A DNA stretch of 64,000 nt from Porphyridium purpureum (Eukaryota). Location of the stretch: contig VRMN01000005.1 in the NCBI GenBank assembly GCA_008690995.1, forward strand, positions 930,001 to 994,000. The letters are read 5' to 3'. Below the pieces are notes generated by a model, which saw nothing but the letters and a program-made list of their open reading frames with translations, did no database searches and was not told where the DNA came from. Positions 63,985-64,000 of the stretch are shown here, piece after piece. A program made the translations under genes and the position numbers. Within the stretch, counting starts at the first letter, position 1; each line of letters starts with the position of its first letter.

Positions 63985-64000
63985 TTCGTCGTGGATACTT

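Overview
Eukaryotic, GC-rich and nearly intron-free nuclear DNA. The gene content points to a unicellular red alga (Porphyridium-like; inferred): plastid-targeted PDS, EF-P and a CSK/Hik2 homolog with 'AFV/GFV'-type transit peptides, plus a multi-CBM20 laforin. The left ~35.5 kb is a dense run of intact genes (ENY2, TFB2, BAR-like, mitochondrial carrier, CCT7, CSK-like, ORC1, PPK2-like, PDS, laforin, TRM1, trehalase, POLD4, EF-P). The right ~28 kb looks like an accessory or subtelomeric zone. It holds decayed host-gene copies (Sel1-repeat, GSTCD-type methyltransferase, EEP nuclease, ABC_ATPase), a large secreted HYR-like repeat protein, and an intact two-ORF CRE-clade (RT + REL endonuclease) non-LTR retrotransposon bounded by telomere-like GGGTTACTCT(A/G) and TTAGGGTTT motifs. 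Beyond that lie an array of GGGG(G)TRGTCAC motifs and a RecQ-like SF2 helicase. The helicase N-terminal half carries a tyrosine-recombinase-like R-K-xxxR-H-Y motif set, resembling fungal telomere-linked helicases. This recombinase-helicase / repeat array / retroelement block is the most interesting candidate system. All family assignments come from visual motif recognition; no searches were run.
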